A DNA stretch of 64,000 bases from Polyangiaceae bacterium (GCA_050287085.1 JBNKBE010000008.1:84431-148430); one strand, 5' to 3'. Positions 40,285-50,943 are shown, counted from the stretch's first letter. Numbers and translations are program-made. Notes: generated from the sequence alone by a model not told the origin.

Positions 40285-41859
40285 ATGGAAGAGAGGGGGG
40301 AGCGCCTTGCGCTCATTGTGTGCGCTTGGGCAGCGGCGCTTCTGCCTGTCACGGGCGGCTGCAATAGGGCCGCCTATGAGCCGGGAGATGCGGGCAGCTT
40401 GAACGCGGACGCGGGGGCGGGAGTGCGCGACGCGGGTCGTGAGCCGCCGGGGCGCGACGCCGCTCCGCCGGATGGGGCGGTTCCGAGAGCTGTCGAGATG
40501 GCGGGCCGTGACGCGGGAGTGCCCGAGAAGGTCTCCGTGGCGGATAGTGGTAGCGCCGTCGGCGCAGACGTTGCTCTGCGCGAGTTGGTTGTCGCCTACA
40601 CGCTGGACGGTGAGGAGGACGATGAGCTGTGGCTCGCTCGCGTCAGGGAAGACGAAGAAAGCGCGTCGAGTGTGTTGCTCGGCCATCGCCCCTACATGGG
40701 GGCGGTGGTGCTCTCGGACGATCTGAGCCGCTTGGCGTACATCGCCAGCGAGAGCGAAGAGCCGGAATCCGGACTGGCTTTGTGGCTACTTCGTCAACCC
40801 GAGGAGCCCGAGTCTGCACCGGAGCGGGTTTCCCCGGTCGGGATCCCTCCAACCTACGTCTTTGACAACAATCTGGAGCACCTGGCGTATTGTGAGCTCG
40901 GCAATCCGTGTGGCGAGCTTGGTATCTACCGCGTAGCGCAGGCCGATACGCTGCGGGTTGCCGACGTTGGAGACGTGGAACTGGCCCCCAGCGGCGAGCT
41001 ATTGGCCCTGACCGACGGGAACGAGCAGGTCCTGTCCTGGGTCGACTTGATGCAGCCCGAACCGGCACCTGTCGAGCTATATCGCACCGAAGGCGAGCGC
41101 CGACTGTGGTTTCCACGTGGCCGTATCGCCCTGCGCGCTCGCACCCTGCTGTTCATCGACCAACTCAGCTCCGAGCCGTATCGTTGGGAGGCATACGCGG
41201 TGTTTCTGCCCGATCCGACGCCCTGGCTGGTAGCTGCAGGGGAAAGCAAAACACTCGAAGCAACGCTGCGAGAGGACGGCATGGCCGTCGCTTTCGAAGT
41301 CGAGGGCAGAGGAAGTGTTGTTCACCTGGGACCGGGGGTCGTGGGCGACGAAAGTCACTTGGCCGGGGTCGTGGACTTCCCACGCATGCGCGGCTTCAGC
41401 CAGTACCTGCCTTATACGCGGCCGGTGAGCGTGGGGCGTGCCGTGTTTGCTTGGGACTATGAGGCGGGGCTTTCTCGTCAGCTCCACGAGCAGGGGTGTG
41501 TCTTGAGCGGTGAAGGCTCAACGACGTATTCGCCCTTGGTGTATTCGTCCAATGAGCTGCAGGCGCCCGCTGCGTTGCACTGCAACGGCGTTTTCGGTTT
41601 TGTACGGTTTGATGAACCCGGCAGCTTTTCCCCGATCACCAGCCATTGCGCCCACTGCGTCCCGACCACTTTTGCTCCGGTTGGGGATAGCTTGTTTTTC
41701 GCGTGGTACAACGACAACGTGGAGAAGATTGCGTCACCGCACTACGTGGCGTTTCGCGGCGGCGGCGAGCCGATAGAAGTGATACCGGGAGGCATTTCGG
41801 TGCGCAACATCGCTCCAGTCATGATGCGGTGGCCGCTTGACGGTACTGCCGCTCGATGA
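40285..41859 (+). CDS. Lipoprotein with a TolB-like beta-propeller
   Basis: VTGGC lipobox; LSDDLSRLAY, LAPSGELLAL, LREDGMAVAF and FAPVGDSLFF blade motifs. Confidence 0.65.
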   Translation: MEERGERLALIVCAWAAALLPVTGGCNRAAYEPGDAGSLNADAGAGVRDAGREPPGRDAAPPDGAVPRAVEMAGRDAGVPEKVSVADSGSAVGADVALRELVVAYTLDGEEDDELWLARVREDEESASSVLLGHRPYMGAVVLSDDLSRLAYIASESEEPESGLALWLLRQPEEPESAPERVSPVGIPPTYVFDNNLEHLAYCELGNPCGELGIYRVAQADTLRVADVGDVELAPSGELLALTDGNEQVLSWVDLMQPEPAPVELYRTEGERRLWFPRGRIALRARTLLFIDQLSSEPYRWEAYAVFLPDPTPWLVAAGESKTLEATLREDGMAVAFEVEGRGSVVHLGPGVVGDESHLAGVVDFPRMRGFSQYLPYTRPVSVGRAVFAWDYEAGLSRQLHEQGCVLSGEGSTTYSPLVYSSNELQAPAALHCNGVFGFVRFDEPGSFSPITSHCAHCVPTTFAPVGDSLFFAWYNDNVEKIASPHYVAFRGGGEPIEVIPGGISVRNIAPVMMRWPLDGTAAR

Positions 41860-41940
41860 ACAGCCTTCTGCCATCCACGGAGGGAGCTACGCGTGTGGGG
41901 CGGTACCCTCTGGATACCGCCCCACACTTCCAACGGTCCT

Positions 41941-42387
41941 CTACATCGGAAGGCAAGCAACGCCGCCGGGGATAGGCGTGCAAACGGTGCCTTCGAGGCA
42001 GGTCACGGCGGCGCAGTCAGCGAGCCCGGCGTCAGGTGGGAAGCCGTCGACGGGGACGCAGTGGGCTTCGCCGTCGATGATCTGGCAGTCGGTGCCTTCG
42101 ATACAGGTCACGGCGGCGCAATCAGCGGGTCCGACGTCAGGCAGATCTATGCATTGAGCTTCGCCATCGACGACGCGGCAGACCGTGCCCTCCAAACAAC
42201 TGACCGCGGCGCAGTCTGCTCCGGGGTCTTGCGGAAGGTCGTCGTCGCCCAGATCGCCATCACCTGGCAAGCCGGCGTCCTCGAAACCACCGATCGGGAC
42301 GAGCTCCCGACTACATCCGCCTTTGGCACCAACAAGACTGGGCGTTGCGAGAAGGACTCCGAGCAGGGGGGCATACTTTCTCAACAT
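41941..42387 (-). CDS. Small secreted protein with three follistatin-N-like Cys repeats
   Basis: Three copies of DCAAV(S/T)C(L/I)EGT.C....G.A.C; aggag RBS; AKGGC possible lipobox. Confidence 0.8.
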   Translation of the reverse strand: MLRKYAPLLGVLLATPSLVGAKGGCSRELVPIGGFEDAGLPGDGDLGDDDLPQDPGADCAAVSCLEGTVCRVVDGEAQCIDLPDVGPADCAAVTCIEGTDCQIIDGEAHCVPVDGFPPDAGLADCAAVTCLEGTVCTPIPGGVACLPM

Positions 42388-42582
42388 GGGGCTCCTTGAT
42401 TCGAGTTCGGGCCGTGCCGAACTCTTGTGTGGCGCGTCTGCTGACTGTGCAGCCGCTGCGTTTGTGATTGTCCACTGGTGCCCTCAGGGGCTGGTTTCTG
42501 TTGAAGAAAGCGGACGCTTGCAATTTCGAGTTTTCACCAGGTACCCGCGCCCGGCTCCCCGCCCTACTGCGCGGAGTTGAGC

Positions 42583-43680
42583 TCAGTCGGGCGTCGCGTT
42601 GTCCGGGCCCGCGCAGGAGCTTCTGACGCGAGGGGCCAGCGGCGATTGGCTTCCAATATTCTGAAATACAGCCGCAGCGGCGCGCGCCTCTTCGGTCCTG
42701 CCGAGGCGACACAACACCAGCACCTTCAGACCAGCCCTTTCGACGGCCACCACACTGCGAGGGAAGCGAAGCTCGTGGTCGCGCAGCAAGGACCAGGCGC
42801 CCGCTGCATCACCTCCGGAAAGCGCCTGCTGGGCCTGGGACAATCGCTTGATGTCCGCATGGGCAGCGCCTTCTTCTGGTTGTCCAGGCGAGCCTGGAGT
42901 CGCCGCTTTGGATGGTTGTGCCTTGGCTGGCATTGGGGGCGGTGGTGCCCCTCCGAGCTTGGGTTTTGCTCCGGAATGGTGCGAGGGCAATGCGGGCGGC
43001 ACTGGCTCGGGGGTGGTGACGCCCCGGAGGCCTTCGTCGCGGAGGTCTTCGTCGCGGAGGCCTTCGTCGCGGTGTGTGGAGTTGGACGCTGCCGCGGAGG
43101 CGACCCGTTTCAAGGTGAGGGCCCCGGACGCGTTCTCCGCTGAGCGAGTCGGCGCCACGGACGCGGACTTGGGGGCTTCAAGATCAAAGCTACTCCGGGC
43201 CCACTCGCGCACGCTCGGATTGGTAGCCACTACGGCTCCCCCAAGGCCAATGCCAATAACCCAAGCCGCGCCGCCTCCAAGCTTGCCCGCACCGAGCGCC
43301 AGCGCGCCTAGCGCGGTCTTGCCACTTCCAAGGCCGCCGAGGCCCACCGCGGCCTTGCCGCTCAGCCCGGCCGCGGCTTTGCCGCCGAGGCTGACCGCGG
43401 CTTTGCCGCCCAAGGCACCCGGGCCGCCGGCTGCCACCTTGGAGGCCAGATCTGCGCCCGCGCTCACGCCCGAGGGGAGCCCCATGCCGGCGGCTTTGGT
43501 GGCAGCAGCGCCCTGTCCGAGCTGGCTGGCTGCCGCCTGAGTGGTGGCCAGGGTTGCGGCTGCTTCAGCAAGCGCTATCCCCAGCTTGCGCCGCACCCGG
43601 CTCCTATCGGCACGACTGGATGGCTCGGCGCCACGCGCTCGCTCCAGTAGCCCTTGAACGTCTTGCGGTAGCTTATCCAT
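42583..43680 (-). CDS. Putative anti-sigma-like membrane protein with a C-terminal TPR-like domain
   Basis: Overlaps the ECF sigma stop; Gly/Ala linker, TM, LRDHELRFP...ERAGLKVLVLCRLGR. Confidence 0.7.
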   Translation of the reverse strand: MDKLPQDVQGLLERARGAEPSSRADRSRVRRKLGIALAEAAATLATTQAAASQLGQGAAATKAAGMGLPSGVSAGADLASKVAAGGPGALGGKAAVSLGGKAAAGLSGKAAVGLGGLGSGKTALGALALGAGKLGGGAAWVIGIGLGGAVVATNPSVREWARSSFDLEAPKSASVAPTRSAENASGALTLKRVASAAASNSTHRDEGLRDEDLRDEGLRGVTTPEPVPPALPSHHSGAKPKLGGAPPPPMPAKAQPSKAATPGSPGQPEEGAAHADIKRLSQAQQALSGGDAAGAWSLLRDHELRFPRSVVAVERAGLKVLVLCRLGRTEEARAAAAVFQNIGSQSPLAPRVRSSCAGPDNATPD

Positions 43681-44242
43681 CTATCTGAGCTCCCTGGGTG
43701 CGTGCTTGGTGACGGCGGAGATGAGCCACGAACTGTGCGCGAGCTGTCCTCAGTCGCGAGTAGACCGTGTTCAGGGGGATGTTGAGGACGTCTGCGATCT
43801 CTTGCGGGCTCATCTGCTCGAGCTCGCACATGATGAAGGCAACGCGCTGCTCTTCGGGAAGCTTGGCGAGCAGCGCGTCCACCAACTGCAGCTCTTCGCG
43901 GTGGAGGACCGCATCCTGCGGGGTGTGGCTTCCAACCTCTTGCAACGCGTGCTTAGAGAGCGGCTCGGTGGGGCGTCGCTGTTGACTGCGCAGATGATGA
44001 CGAGCGACGTTGATGGCGATACGAAACAACCAAGTTGTCATCTTCGCCCGGCCTTCGAAGTCGCTCAGTCGCTGGTAGACCACAATGAAGACCTCTTGCG
44101 CCGCGTCGTCGAGGCCTTCAGGGGCGATCCCGAGTCTCCTGAGCGAGCGCCACACGAAGTCGAAATGCGACTCGTAGACCTCGTCGAAGGTCGGCGCTGG
44201 GCTGGACTCCAGGGGCCGGGCGAGCGTGAGACTGCAGATCAC
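43673..44242 (-). CDS. ECF (sigma-70 group 4) sigma factor
   Basis: FVWRSLRRLG, DDAAQEVF, TWLFRIA, EIADVLNIPLNTVYSRL. Confidence 0.93.
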   Translation of the reverse strand: MICSLTLARPLESSPAPTFDEVYESHFDFVWRSLRRLGIAPEGLDDAAQEVFIVVYQRLSDFEGRAKMTTWLFRIAINVARHHLRSQQRRPTEPLSKHALQEVGSHTPQDAVLHREELQLVDALLAKLPEEQRVAFIMCELEQMSPQEIADVLNIPLNTVYSRLRTARAQFVAHLRRHQARTQGAQIDG

Positions 44243-44306
44243 TAGGGCCTAGTTCCCAGCTCGACCGCAATCCGTCATGCAATCGACGCCCGGAGGTCTA
44301 ATTTTG

Positions 44307-45512
44307 CTACAGCAGTAGTCCGAGCTCCAGGGAAAACCGTCCCGCGACAGGCTCGGGTGGCTTCAGGGTACCCGCATTAACTAGCTGGAATGCCGGGCGC
44401 CGCAGGGGCGTGAGCAGCTCCCCCTGGAGGCCGAGATAGATTCTTTGGGTGATTGGTTGAACCAGTTGTAGAGCCGCGGTGAGCGCCGCCCAAGTGCGAC
44501 CACGGGACGACTTCCAGTCGGCATCGCCGTAGGCCGTCGCGCTGAGCTCGCCCACTTCGCCACCCAGGCAAGGGCGCAGGTGGGGGGCGAGCGGGATGCC
44601 GCCCAGCGTCCACGCGGGGCCGCAGAGCTGAAGCCCGGCCGCCAGCAGAGCCAGCCGTCCGCCCGTTTCTTGGGCTTCACCGGCGTCCGAGCGTGCGGCG
44701 AGAGCGAAGCGTTGCTGGGGGTTGTGCTCCAGCTGGAGCGCCAGTTCAAACCCAGGGGTGCCCCAAGCCGCTCGTGCTACTTCGCCCCAGGATAGGGCCG
44801 GAAGGACGCCGCTCCCGACGGCCAGTCCGAGCCCGATGCGCCCGTGGTACGGGGTATTGGCATGCGGGGGCTCTTCGGTGGACAACGAGGCTGGGCGCGG
44901 CAAGCGTTGGTCGTCGCGGGCGGGGGTAGCTGGCGGGGAGGGCGGCGACACTGCGGCAATCCGAGGAGCGCTTGCCTCCGGCTGGGGAGGTGCGGCAGAG
45001 AGCCAGCCATCAGCGCTCTCCGGCTGGGGAGCGCCGGCCGTGGGCGCTCCGCCAGCTTCCGGCGCGGCGGGGGCGAGCGCGCCGCGTTCAGGGGCTGTCT
45101 CCGCTCTGCCGAGCAGGGCGCCGTCAGCCTCGGGCTCTGCTGGGTGGAGTGCAAGCGCTAGGACCAGCGCGCCTGCGGCGCTGAGCTCGAGACAGCTTTG
45201 TGCCTGGATGATACGCTCGAAGCTCTGCCCGCCGTCGTAGGTGGTGAGACGCAGGGTGAAGTGTTCGCTGTCGGCGGTGACAACGCCCTGGGCGATGAGC
45301 TCCGCACTGGGCTCTTCACCGTGGAGCAGAGCCGCCACGCGCGTGTGGATGTCGGCGGCGTTCGAGCAACCCTCAGGCGCTCGCCACTGCAGCGAAAGCC
45401 CGGGGACGGTGGTGCTGTCCGTGGTGCTGTCGGTGGTGCTGTCGCCGGCGCGACTGCGGGCGGGGAGGATGGCTGCCGCCACTATCCCGAGGATTGCCAC
45501 GAGCGCTCGCAT
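44307..45512 (-). CDS. Secreted/outer-membrane protein of the ECF cassette
   Basis: Signal peptide; WRAPEGC...RIIQAQSC N-terminal domain; alternating beta-strand C-terminus. Confidence 0.65.
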   Translation of the reverse strand: MRALVAILGIVAAAILPARSRAGDSTTDSTTDSTTVPGLSLQWRAPEGCSNAADIHTRVAALLHGEEPSAELIAQGVVTADSEHFTLRLTTYDGGQSFERIIQAQSCLELSAAGALVLALALHPAEPEADGALLGRAETAPERGALAPAAPEAGGAPTAGAPQPESADGWLSAAPPQPEASAPRIAAVSPPSPPATPARDDQRLPRPASLSTEEPPHANTPYHGRIGLGLAVGSGVLPALSWGEVARAAWGTPGFELALQLEHNPQQRFALAARSDAGEAQETGGRLALLAAGLQLCGPAWTLGGIPLAPHLRPCLGGEVGELSATAYGDADWKSSRGRTWAALTAALQLVQPITQRIYLGLQGELLTPLRRPAFQLVNAGTLKPPEPVAGRFSLELGLLL

Positions 45513-45582
45513 TCAGCCGGGCACCATGGCCGCACGGGGGCGCGAGGACAAGGTGGAAATTCTCGCGGCGCTTGGGCGCTGA

Positions 45583-45876
45583 CTAGGGCGCCTCGTCGCT
45601 CGGATCGGAGCTGCCCAAAGAAGGGGGGGGGATTTCGCTGGGGTGTGGCGCGCGGGCTAGCCCTCGGTAGCGGTCGGCGGACGCTCCAAAGGTTTCGAAA
45701 TTCTGGCGCGCCTGTGTCAAGCTCACCTCGTTGGCCCCGCCAGTGAGCCCTGGATCTTCGAATTGAGCGAGATCGTCCTCCCACCAGCATACGGCGCAAA
45801 GCTCGTAGGTGCCTGGCGGCTCCGCTGACAAGGTGAGGTACCCGCAACACGGGCAGCCATAACGTTGAATACTCAT
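45583..45876 (-). CDS. CPCC-family cysteine-rich protein (putative immunity protein)
   Basis: CPCCGYLTL...YELCAVCWWEDD...GGANEVSLTQARQNF; ATGA overlap with the upstream gene. Confidence 0.88.
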   Translation of the reverse strand: MSIQRYGCPCCGYLTLSAEPPGTYELCAVCWWEDDLAQFEDPGLTGGANEVSLTQARQNFETFGASADRYRGLARAPHPSEIPPPSLGSSDPSDEAP

Positions 45877-46388
45877 GGCGCGCGACTGACCGCCTTCCAG
45901 TACTTCAGCCCCGACCGTGGCTTGAAGAGCGTGCGGATGGTGCCGTTGGCTGCGCCTACGGCGAATTCGTTGCTCTCGACGTTGTAGCGCAGCACGTCGC
46001 CATTGGCTCGCACCGCACCCAAGATCGGACCGCCCACGTCCTGCTCTAAGAGCGCTCGCGCGCGTTTCAAGTACTCGCGTTGAGTAAGCCTTGGAGCGCC
46101 CCACTCAGCCGCGTGTTTGGCGAAGTGCTTCTCGAGTTGACCCTCTGCGAAGCGCGTCGGGTGGTAAGCCGCGGGTGTGTCGCGTCGCGCGTCGGGTGTG
46201 TCGCGTCGCGTTTCGGGTGTGTCGCTGGGCGCGGCGCCCCCGTGTTCTGCGACCTCGCTGCCCGCTTCTGCTCCGAAGATGGGGGCGCTCGGAGGGGGAT
46301 CGACGCGCGCTCGCCCAAAGAAGAGGGCGCTTGCCGAAATCACCGCCAGTAGCGCAAGCCGCCACAGCCAAACTCGCTTCCAAGGCAT
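45873..46388 (-). CDS. Signal-anchored protein with a polymorphic-toxin-like C-terminal domain
   Basis: Hydrophobic N-terminus, low-complexity linker, KHFAKH...EYLKRA...NGDVLRY...NEFAV...GTIRTLFKP...YW. Confidence 0.75.
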   Translation of the reverse strand: MPWKRVWLWRLALLAVISASALFFGRARVDPPPSAPIFGAEAGSEVAEHGGAAPSDTPETRRDTPDARRDTPAAYHPTRFAEGQLEKHFAKHAAEWGAPRLTQREYLKRARALLEQDVGGPILGAVRANGDVLRYNVESNEFAVGAANGTIRTLFKPRSGLKYWKAVSRAP

Positions 46389-46588
46389 GGCGCGAGTCTA
46401 CGGTGTGAGCGGCAGGAAAGCGATGGCAACGCCGAGAGTGCTTGTCGAGGCGCCGATCTTCTCCTCTGGGCGCTCGACCCCGGGCGAGGTGTGGCAACGG
46501 CCGCGAAGCAGTCTCGCGACGCTGCCGCTAGTTCGGAGCTAGCGACCCAACGCAAACGGCCCAGTGCGAGACACCGGGCCGTTTGCGC

Positions 46589-46653
46589 GATGGGCGCCGC
46601 TTATGTGATGGGCGCCGCTTATGTGATGGGCGCCGCTTATGTGATGGGCGCCG
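46589..46653. repeat. 18-bp tandem repeat x3.6 just past the S8 protease stop
   Basis: gatgggcgccgcttatgt x3 plus a partial copy. Confidence 0.9.
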
Positions 46654-46668
46654 TTTGCACGGAGCGGC

Positions 46669-49600
46669 TCAGTAGCTGCCCTCCACCGACTGCACCACAA
46701 CGAGAGCGGAGCCCGCGCTGCCATTTGCGCAGAACCCGATCGACGAGTCGGTTGCGCCGGGGCTGAGGGCGGAGTTCCAGCCGACGGGCGTGATCTCCAC
46801 CACGCCCGTGCTGCCGTTGAAGTTGCCGTTCCAACCGGTGTAGATGGCGCTGCCCTGCGTATCGAGCGTGACGAGCCAGCTGGTTGTTGGCGCGGCCGCC
46901 TGGTTCGAGAGATTTAGCGTCATACAGTAGCCGCCTTCCCACTCGCTGGCGAGGGTAAGCGACGCGCTGAGCTCGCCAGCGGGAGGTGGGACGCAGAGCC
47001 CCGCGTCGCAGCTGTTGCTCGAACAGTCACCGTTCACCAAGCAGGGCTCACCATCAGCGCAGCCCGCACAGGAGCCTCCGCAGTCGACACCGGTTTCGTC
47101 CCCGTTCGAGAGCCCATCGTTACAGGAGGGCTCGAGCTGGCAGTTGGAGTCGCAGCCGTCGCCGGGCAGGTTATTGCCGTCGTCGCATTGTTCACCCGGG
47201 TCGAGGAGAGCGTTGCCGCAGGAGGGCTCAACGCTGCCTTCGCAAAGCACGGTCAGCTTGTCGAGCAATAGGTTTCGGTCTTCACCATTCTGGTAGTAGT
47301 CGTTGGTGAAGTAGATTCGAAGCTCCGCCTCGCCAGCGGGGGCGTCGGTAACGAAGTGGTAGTCCACGTAGCTCGCCGAGTCGACGACCACGGAGCCGAC
47401 CTCGGCTCCGGCGAGGGTGAGCGTCATATTCGGCCAAGCCCCACCCGCAAACTGACCCGCCGCGCGGACGACGATCTCGCTTGTGCCGCCGGCGAAGGCG
47501 TGGGTCGAAGAGGCGTAGCCGTTGCTCCATAGGTTCCAACCTCCGTCCAGGGCGCCGCCGGCGGAGTGGGTCATGGTTTCGGCCTCAATGACGTCGTCGA
47601 TGCAGTCGACGCATTGATTGAGCTCCTCGTCGCAGGTGCCGCTGCAAGCGGGCGCGCCCGCGCTGCATCCCAGCGTCGCGTCACAGAGCTCGATGCCGTC
47701 ACAGAATAGGCCGTTGTCGCAGAGCGTATCGTCGGCCATGGCGGTGCAGGCGTCGCTGACTTCGTCGCAGGCATCGAGGGTGCAGTCGACGCCGTCGTCA
47801 CACGTGATCGGCGTTCCTGCCAGGCACCCGAGAGCGGCGTCACAGAGCTCGACGCCGTCGCAGAATAGGCCGTTGTTGCAGAGCGTATCGTCGGCCATGG
47901 CGGTGCAGGCGTCGCTGACTTCGTCGCAGGCATCGAGGGTGCAGTCGACGCCGTCGTCACACGTTACGGCGGTGCCAGCGGCGCAGCCGGTGGTGGTGCA
48001 TAGCTCCGCCCCATTGCAGAACGCGCCGTCGTCGCAGAGCGCATCGTCGAGATCGTATTGGCAGGTTCCCGTCACGAGATCGCAGCGGTCCGTCGAGCAG
48101 GCGACGCCATCGTCGCAGTCGCTGTCCGAGCTGCAGGTCGCGCTTTCGCTAGCGACCTCGACGTCATCGACGAGAAAGCCGGCGTGGTTGTTGCCGACTG
48201 AGTCAACACTGTTGAAGCGAAACAAGAGCTCGAGCTCGACCGGCGCGGAGCCGAGCTGGCTCAGATCGACGACGGCGGCCTGCCATTGGCCACTGTTGGC
48301 GGTGAGGGCAACGCCCTGGCCGAAGCTGCTCGCCACTACGACCGGCGCAGCGCCGTCGATGCTGAGCTCGAGCGACGCGCGGTCGTAGGTCGAGCCGCCT
48401 TCGCTACCGAGGAAGTAGTTGAACGTGAGCGAGGCGGCCTGGCTCAGATCAACAGTGAAGGGGAGCGAGCGCGCCACGCCGCTGGTCGTGCCGACCTCGA
48501 AGGTGCACGTCGAATCGGCGCCGTAGTAAAGCGCCGAAGGAGTGCTGTGCCCGGGCAGCGCGGCAGCGCAGGCGTCGGTCGTATGCCAGAGCCCACCTTC
48601 GACTACGAAACTACCGAGCCCGGCTTCAAAGGCCTCAGCGAACACGGAGGTCGGCGTCTGGAAGCTGTGGCAGGCGCCGCCATTGTCGTCCACCGTGACG
48701 TTGCCGACCGCGTCGGCCGCTGTCAGTGCGTAGTAGTAGGTGGTACCGGGCTCGAGTGAGCCGAGCTGGACCTCGGGGGTGAGCGAGGGCTCGGACCCGG
48801 CGGCGCTTTCGCTCAGGTTTGCGCAATCGAGGCCATAGCTCGCGGAGAGGGTGGCTGCTTCGTCCGCTGTGGCGCCGACACGTGCATAGTTGCCTGTCGC
48901 GCCGAGGACCCCAACGTCCGTGAGGGTCGGTCCTTGGCAGTCGACTTGGAGAGTCGCGGTCACGACCGCGGGGACTCCGCTTCCGCTATCTGTGTCCTGA
49001 TACTCCACAACTACGTCGACGCCGTGCTCCGCTTGGAGCTGGCCGTCGTCGCTGATGGGCGGACCCGAGGACAGTACAAGCTCGGCCTCGAATGTGCCGG
49101 GAGCTGCGCCGTCCTCGCTCAGGGCGATGAGCTCGCTATCGCCGGCTGAAGTCGTGACAGAGAGCTCGACGCTGACACTGCCCGCGAGATCCGCGTCGCT
49201 CAACCGGAGCGTCGTGCTCGAGTCGCAGCCCGCCACGTCCGTCAGCGCGAGTCGACCGCGTGAGGGGGTTGCGAGTTCAGCCATGTACAGGAGGCGATTC
49301 GGGGAGCCTGTGCCGGGGGAAGTCACGAGGTCCGGAGTGGTTGCCTCGAGTACGGCTGCCATCGTTTCCTCGGGGGTCGCGTTGGGGTGCTCCTCCAAGA
49401 ACAAGGCCACGACACCTGCGACGTGGGGCGATGCCATTGAGGTGCCACTCTTCGTCGAGGTGCTTGTCGTGCTGGTGAGCCCTGCAGACAAGATGCTCAC
49501 GCCGGGCGCGAATAGATCCACGCACGTGCCGTAGTTCGAGAAGCTCGCCCGGACGTCGCTGCTGTCCGAGGCGGCAACCGTCAGGGCCGCTGGCGTCGCG

Positions 49601-50706
49601 GCTGGACTGTGGCTGCAGGCATCGCCGGACTCGTTGCCAGCGGCCAGTGCGTAGGTTACCCCACTTGCAATCGAGTTCGTGACAGCGTCGTTGAGCGCCT
49701 GATTCAAGCCGCCGCCGAGACTCATGTTGGCGACGGCGGGCCCCTCGTGGTTGGCGGTCACCCAGTCGATGCCAGCGATGACCGACGACCATGAGCCAGA
49801 GCCGTTGCAGTCGAGGACACGCACCGCGTGCAGCGTTGCATTCTTAGCGACGCCGTAGGTGGCGCCGAGGATCGTTCCGGCGACGTGTGTGCCGTGACCG
49901 TTGCAGTCTGCGGGATCGGTGTCGTTGTCGACGAAGTCAGTGCCCGGGGCGATACGTCCCGCAAACTCCTGGTGCGCCGCGTAAACACCGGTGTCGATGA
50001 CGTAGACGTGGACGCCGCTGCCGTCGGCTTCATACGTGTAGCTGCCGTCGAGCGGCAGCTGTGGCTGGTCGATGCGATCGAGACCCCAAGTAGCGCCTGT
50101 TTGGGTTGTGACCGCGCTTGCAACACCGTCCGGCACCAAGTAGGCGACGCGCGGATCGCGACTCAGGCGATCTGCGTCCTCGGGCGTTAGCCGCAGAGTC
50201 GCACCTTGCAGAGCGTGTTCGTAGACGAAACGCACCTGGGCGCGGTAGGAGGCGCGCACGTCCTGCACGACGTCGGCGATCGCCAGGCCGGGGGCGTTAG
50301 GCTGTTGCGCTGAGCGTACGGCGCCACGCTTGAACACCACGATGTACTGATCTGCGATGGCGCTCTGCAATGCTCGCAGCGCAGCCTGCTCAGGGGCGTC
50401 CCGCAGCGCGCTGCGAAGGGTGTGGGTGTCCGGGGGCGACGCCGCGTCGCCGTTGTCGGCGGAGCAGGACGCCAAGAGCCCCAGAGCCATAAGCGTAGCG
50501 AGACGCCCTGCGCCCGATACCTTGAGCGGCAGCCCCGACCTCGCGACTCGCGCGGTACCCTCTTGCCCGACGCGGGATACGAGACCCGCTTCAGCGCCGG
50601 GCCCTGCCTTGGTCATGCGTGACCTGTTCATCGAATACCTCTCATCCGTCATCATGCCCTCCGATCCAATTGCCAATGTCTGTCCGGCTTGGCCAGGTGC
50701 TTCCAC
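46669..50706 (-). CDS. Multidomain S8 subtilisin-like protease (I9 propeptide, S8, FN3-like, Cys repeats, carbohydrate-binding modules)
   Basis: Catalytic motifs [23 protein letters not shown] lipobox; FTNDYY...DRNL; EQCDDGN; C-terminal CBM2-like WEGGYC; true start probably downstream of 50706. Confidence 0.9.
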   Translation of the reverse strand: MEAPGQAGQTLAIGSEGMMTDERYSMNRSRMTKAGPGAEAGLVSRVGQEGTARVARSGLPLKVSGAGRLATLMALGLLASCSADNGDAASPPDTHTLRSALRDAPEQAALRALQSAIADQYIVVFKRGAVRSAQQPNAPGLAIADVVQDVRASYRAQVRFVYEHALQGATLRLTPEDADRLSRDPRVAYLVPDGVASAVTTQTGATWGLDRIDQPQLPLDGSYTYEADGSGVHVYVIDTGVYAAHQEFAGRIAPGTDFVDNDTDPADCNGHGTHVAGTILGATYGVAKNATLHAVRVLDCNGSGSWSSVIAGIDWVTANHEGPAVANMSLGGGLNQALNDAVTNSIASGVTYALAAGNESGDACSHSPAATPAALTVAASDSSDVRASFSNYGTCVDLFAPGVSILSAGLTSTTSTSTKSGTSMASPHVAGVVALFLEEHPNATPEETMAAVLEATTPDLVTSPGTGSPNRLLYMAELATPSRGRLALTDVAGCDSSTTLRLSDADLAGSVSVELSVTTSAGDSELIALSEDGAAPGTFEAELVLSSGPPISDDGQLQAEHGVDVVVEYQDTDSGSGVPAVVTATLQVDCQGPTLTDVGVLGATGNYARVGATADEAATLSASYGLDCANLSESAAGSEPSLTPEVQLGSLEPGTTYYYALTAADAVGNVTVDDNGGACHSFQTPTSVFAEAFEAGLGSFVVEGGLWHTTDACAAALPGHSTPSALYYGADSTCTFEVGTTSGVARSLPFTVDLSQAASLTFNYFLGSEGGSTYDRASLELSIDGAAPVVVASSFGQGVALTANSGQWQAAVVDLSQLGSAPVELELLFRFNSVDSVGNNHAGFLVDDVEVASESATCSSDSDCDDGVACSTDRCDLVTGTCQYDLDDALCDDGAFCNGAELCTTTGCAAGTAVTCDDGVDCTLDACDEVSDACTAMADDTLCNNGLFCDGVELCDAALGCLAGTPITCDDGVDCTLDACDEVSDACTAMADDTLCDNGLFCDGIELCDATLGCSAGAPACSGTCDEELNQCVDCIDDVIEAETMTHSAGGALDGGWNLWSNGYASSTHAFAGGTSEIVVRAAGQFAGGAWPNMTLTLAGAEVGSVVVDSASYVDYHFVTDAPAGEAELRIYFTNDYYQNGEDRNLLLDKLTVLCEGSVEPSCGNALLDPGEQCDDGNNLPGDGCDSNCQLEPSCNDGLSNGDETGVDCGGSCAGCADGEPCLVNGDCSSNSCDAGLCVPPPAGELSASLTLASEWEGGYCMTLNLSNQAAAPTTSWLVTLDTQGSAIYTGWNGNFNGSTGVVEITPVGWNSALSPGATDSSIGFCANGSAGSALVVVQSVEGSY
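47678..47964. repeat. Near-identical internal duplication, 159-bp period
   Basis: 47678-47805 versus 47837-47964: three mismatches counted in 128 bp. Confidence 0.85.
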
Positions 50707-50943
50707 ACTCGAGTTCGACTCGCGGTGGTCACCGCGGTTTGGGTTCGAACCGACACATTCCCTGGGCGCACTGCCGCGCCGCTATCCCAGGCGCACCGTA
50801 CACCATTGGCTCGAGTAGACAACTCGATTCGCCTCGGTGGAGTTTGGTAAAAAGCGGGACCCAACGTCCCCCGGTGCCGTGTTGCGGGAGCGGGTTCACC
50901 TCGCTGATAGCCGCAGCCAGCGCGGGCTCAACGTATTTCGCCG

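Noticed and set aside
42513..44306. Shared ECF promoter motif (AAAAYT-N10/11-GCGTC on the minus strand at 42513-42535 and 44285-44306)
   Set aside because: Only two instances, with unequal and non-canonical spacing; insufficient without TSS data
50741..50751. tRNA fragment or att duplicate (gggttcgaacc)
   Set aside because: Only a short palindrome; the flanks do not match the tRNA-Gly 3' end
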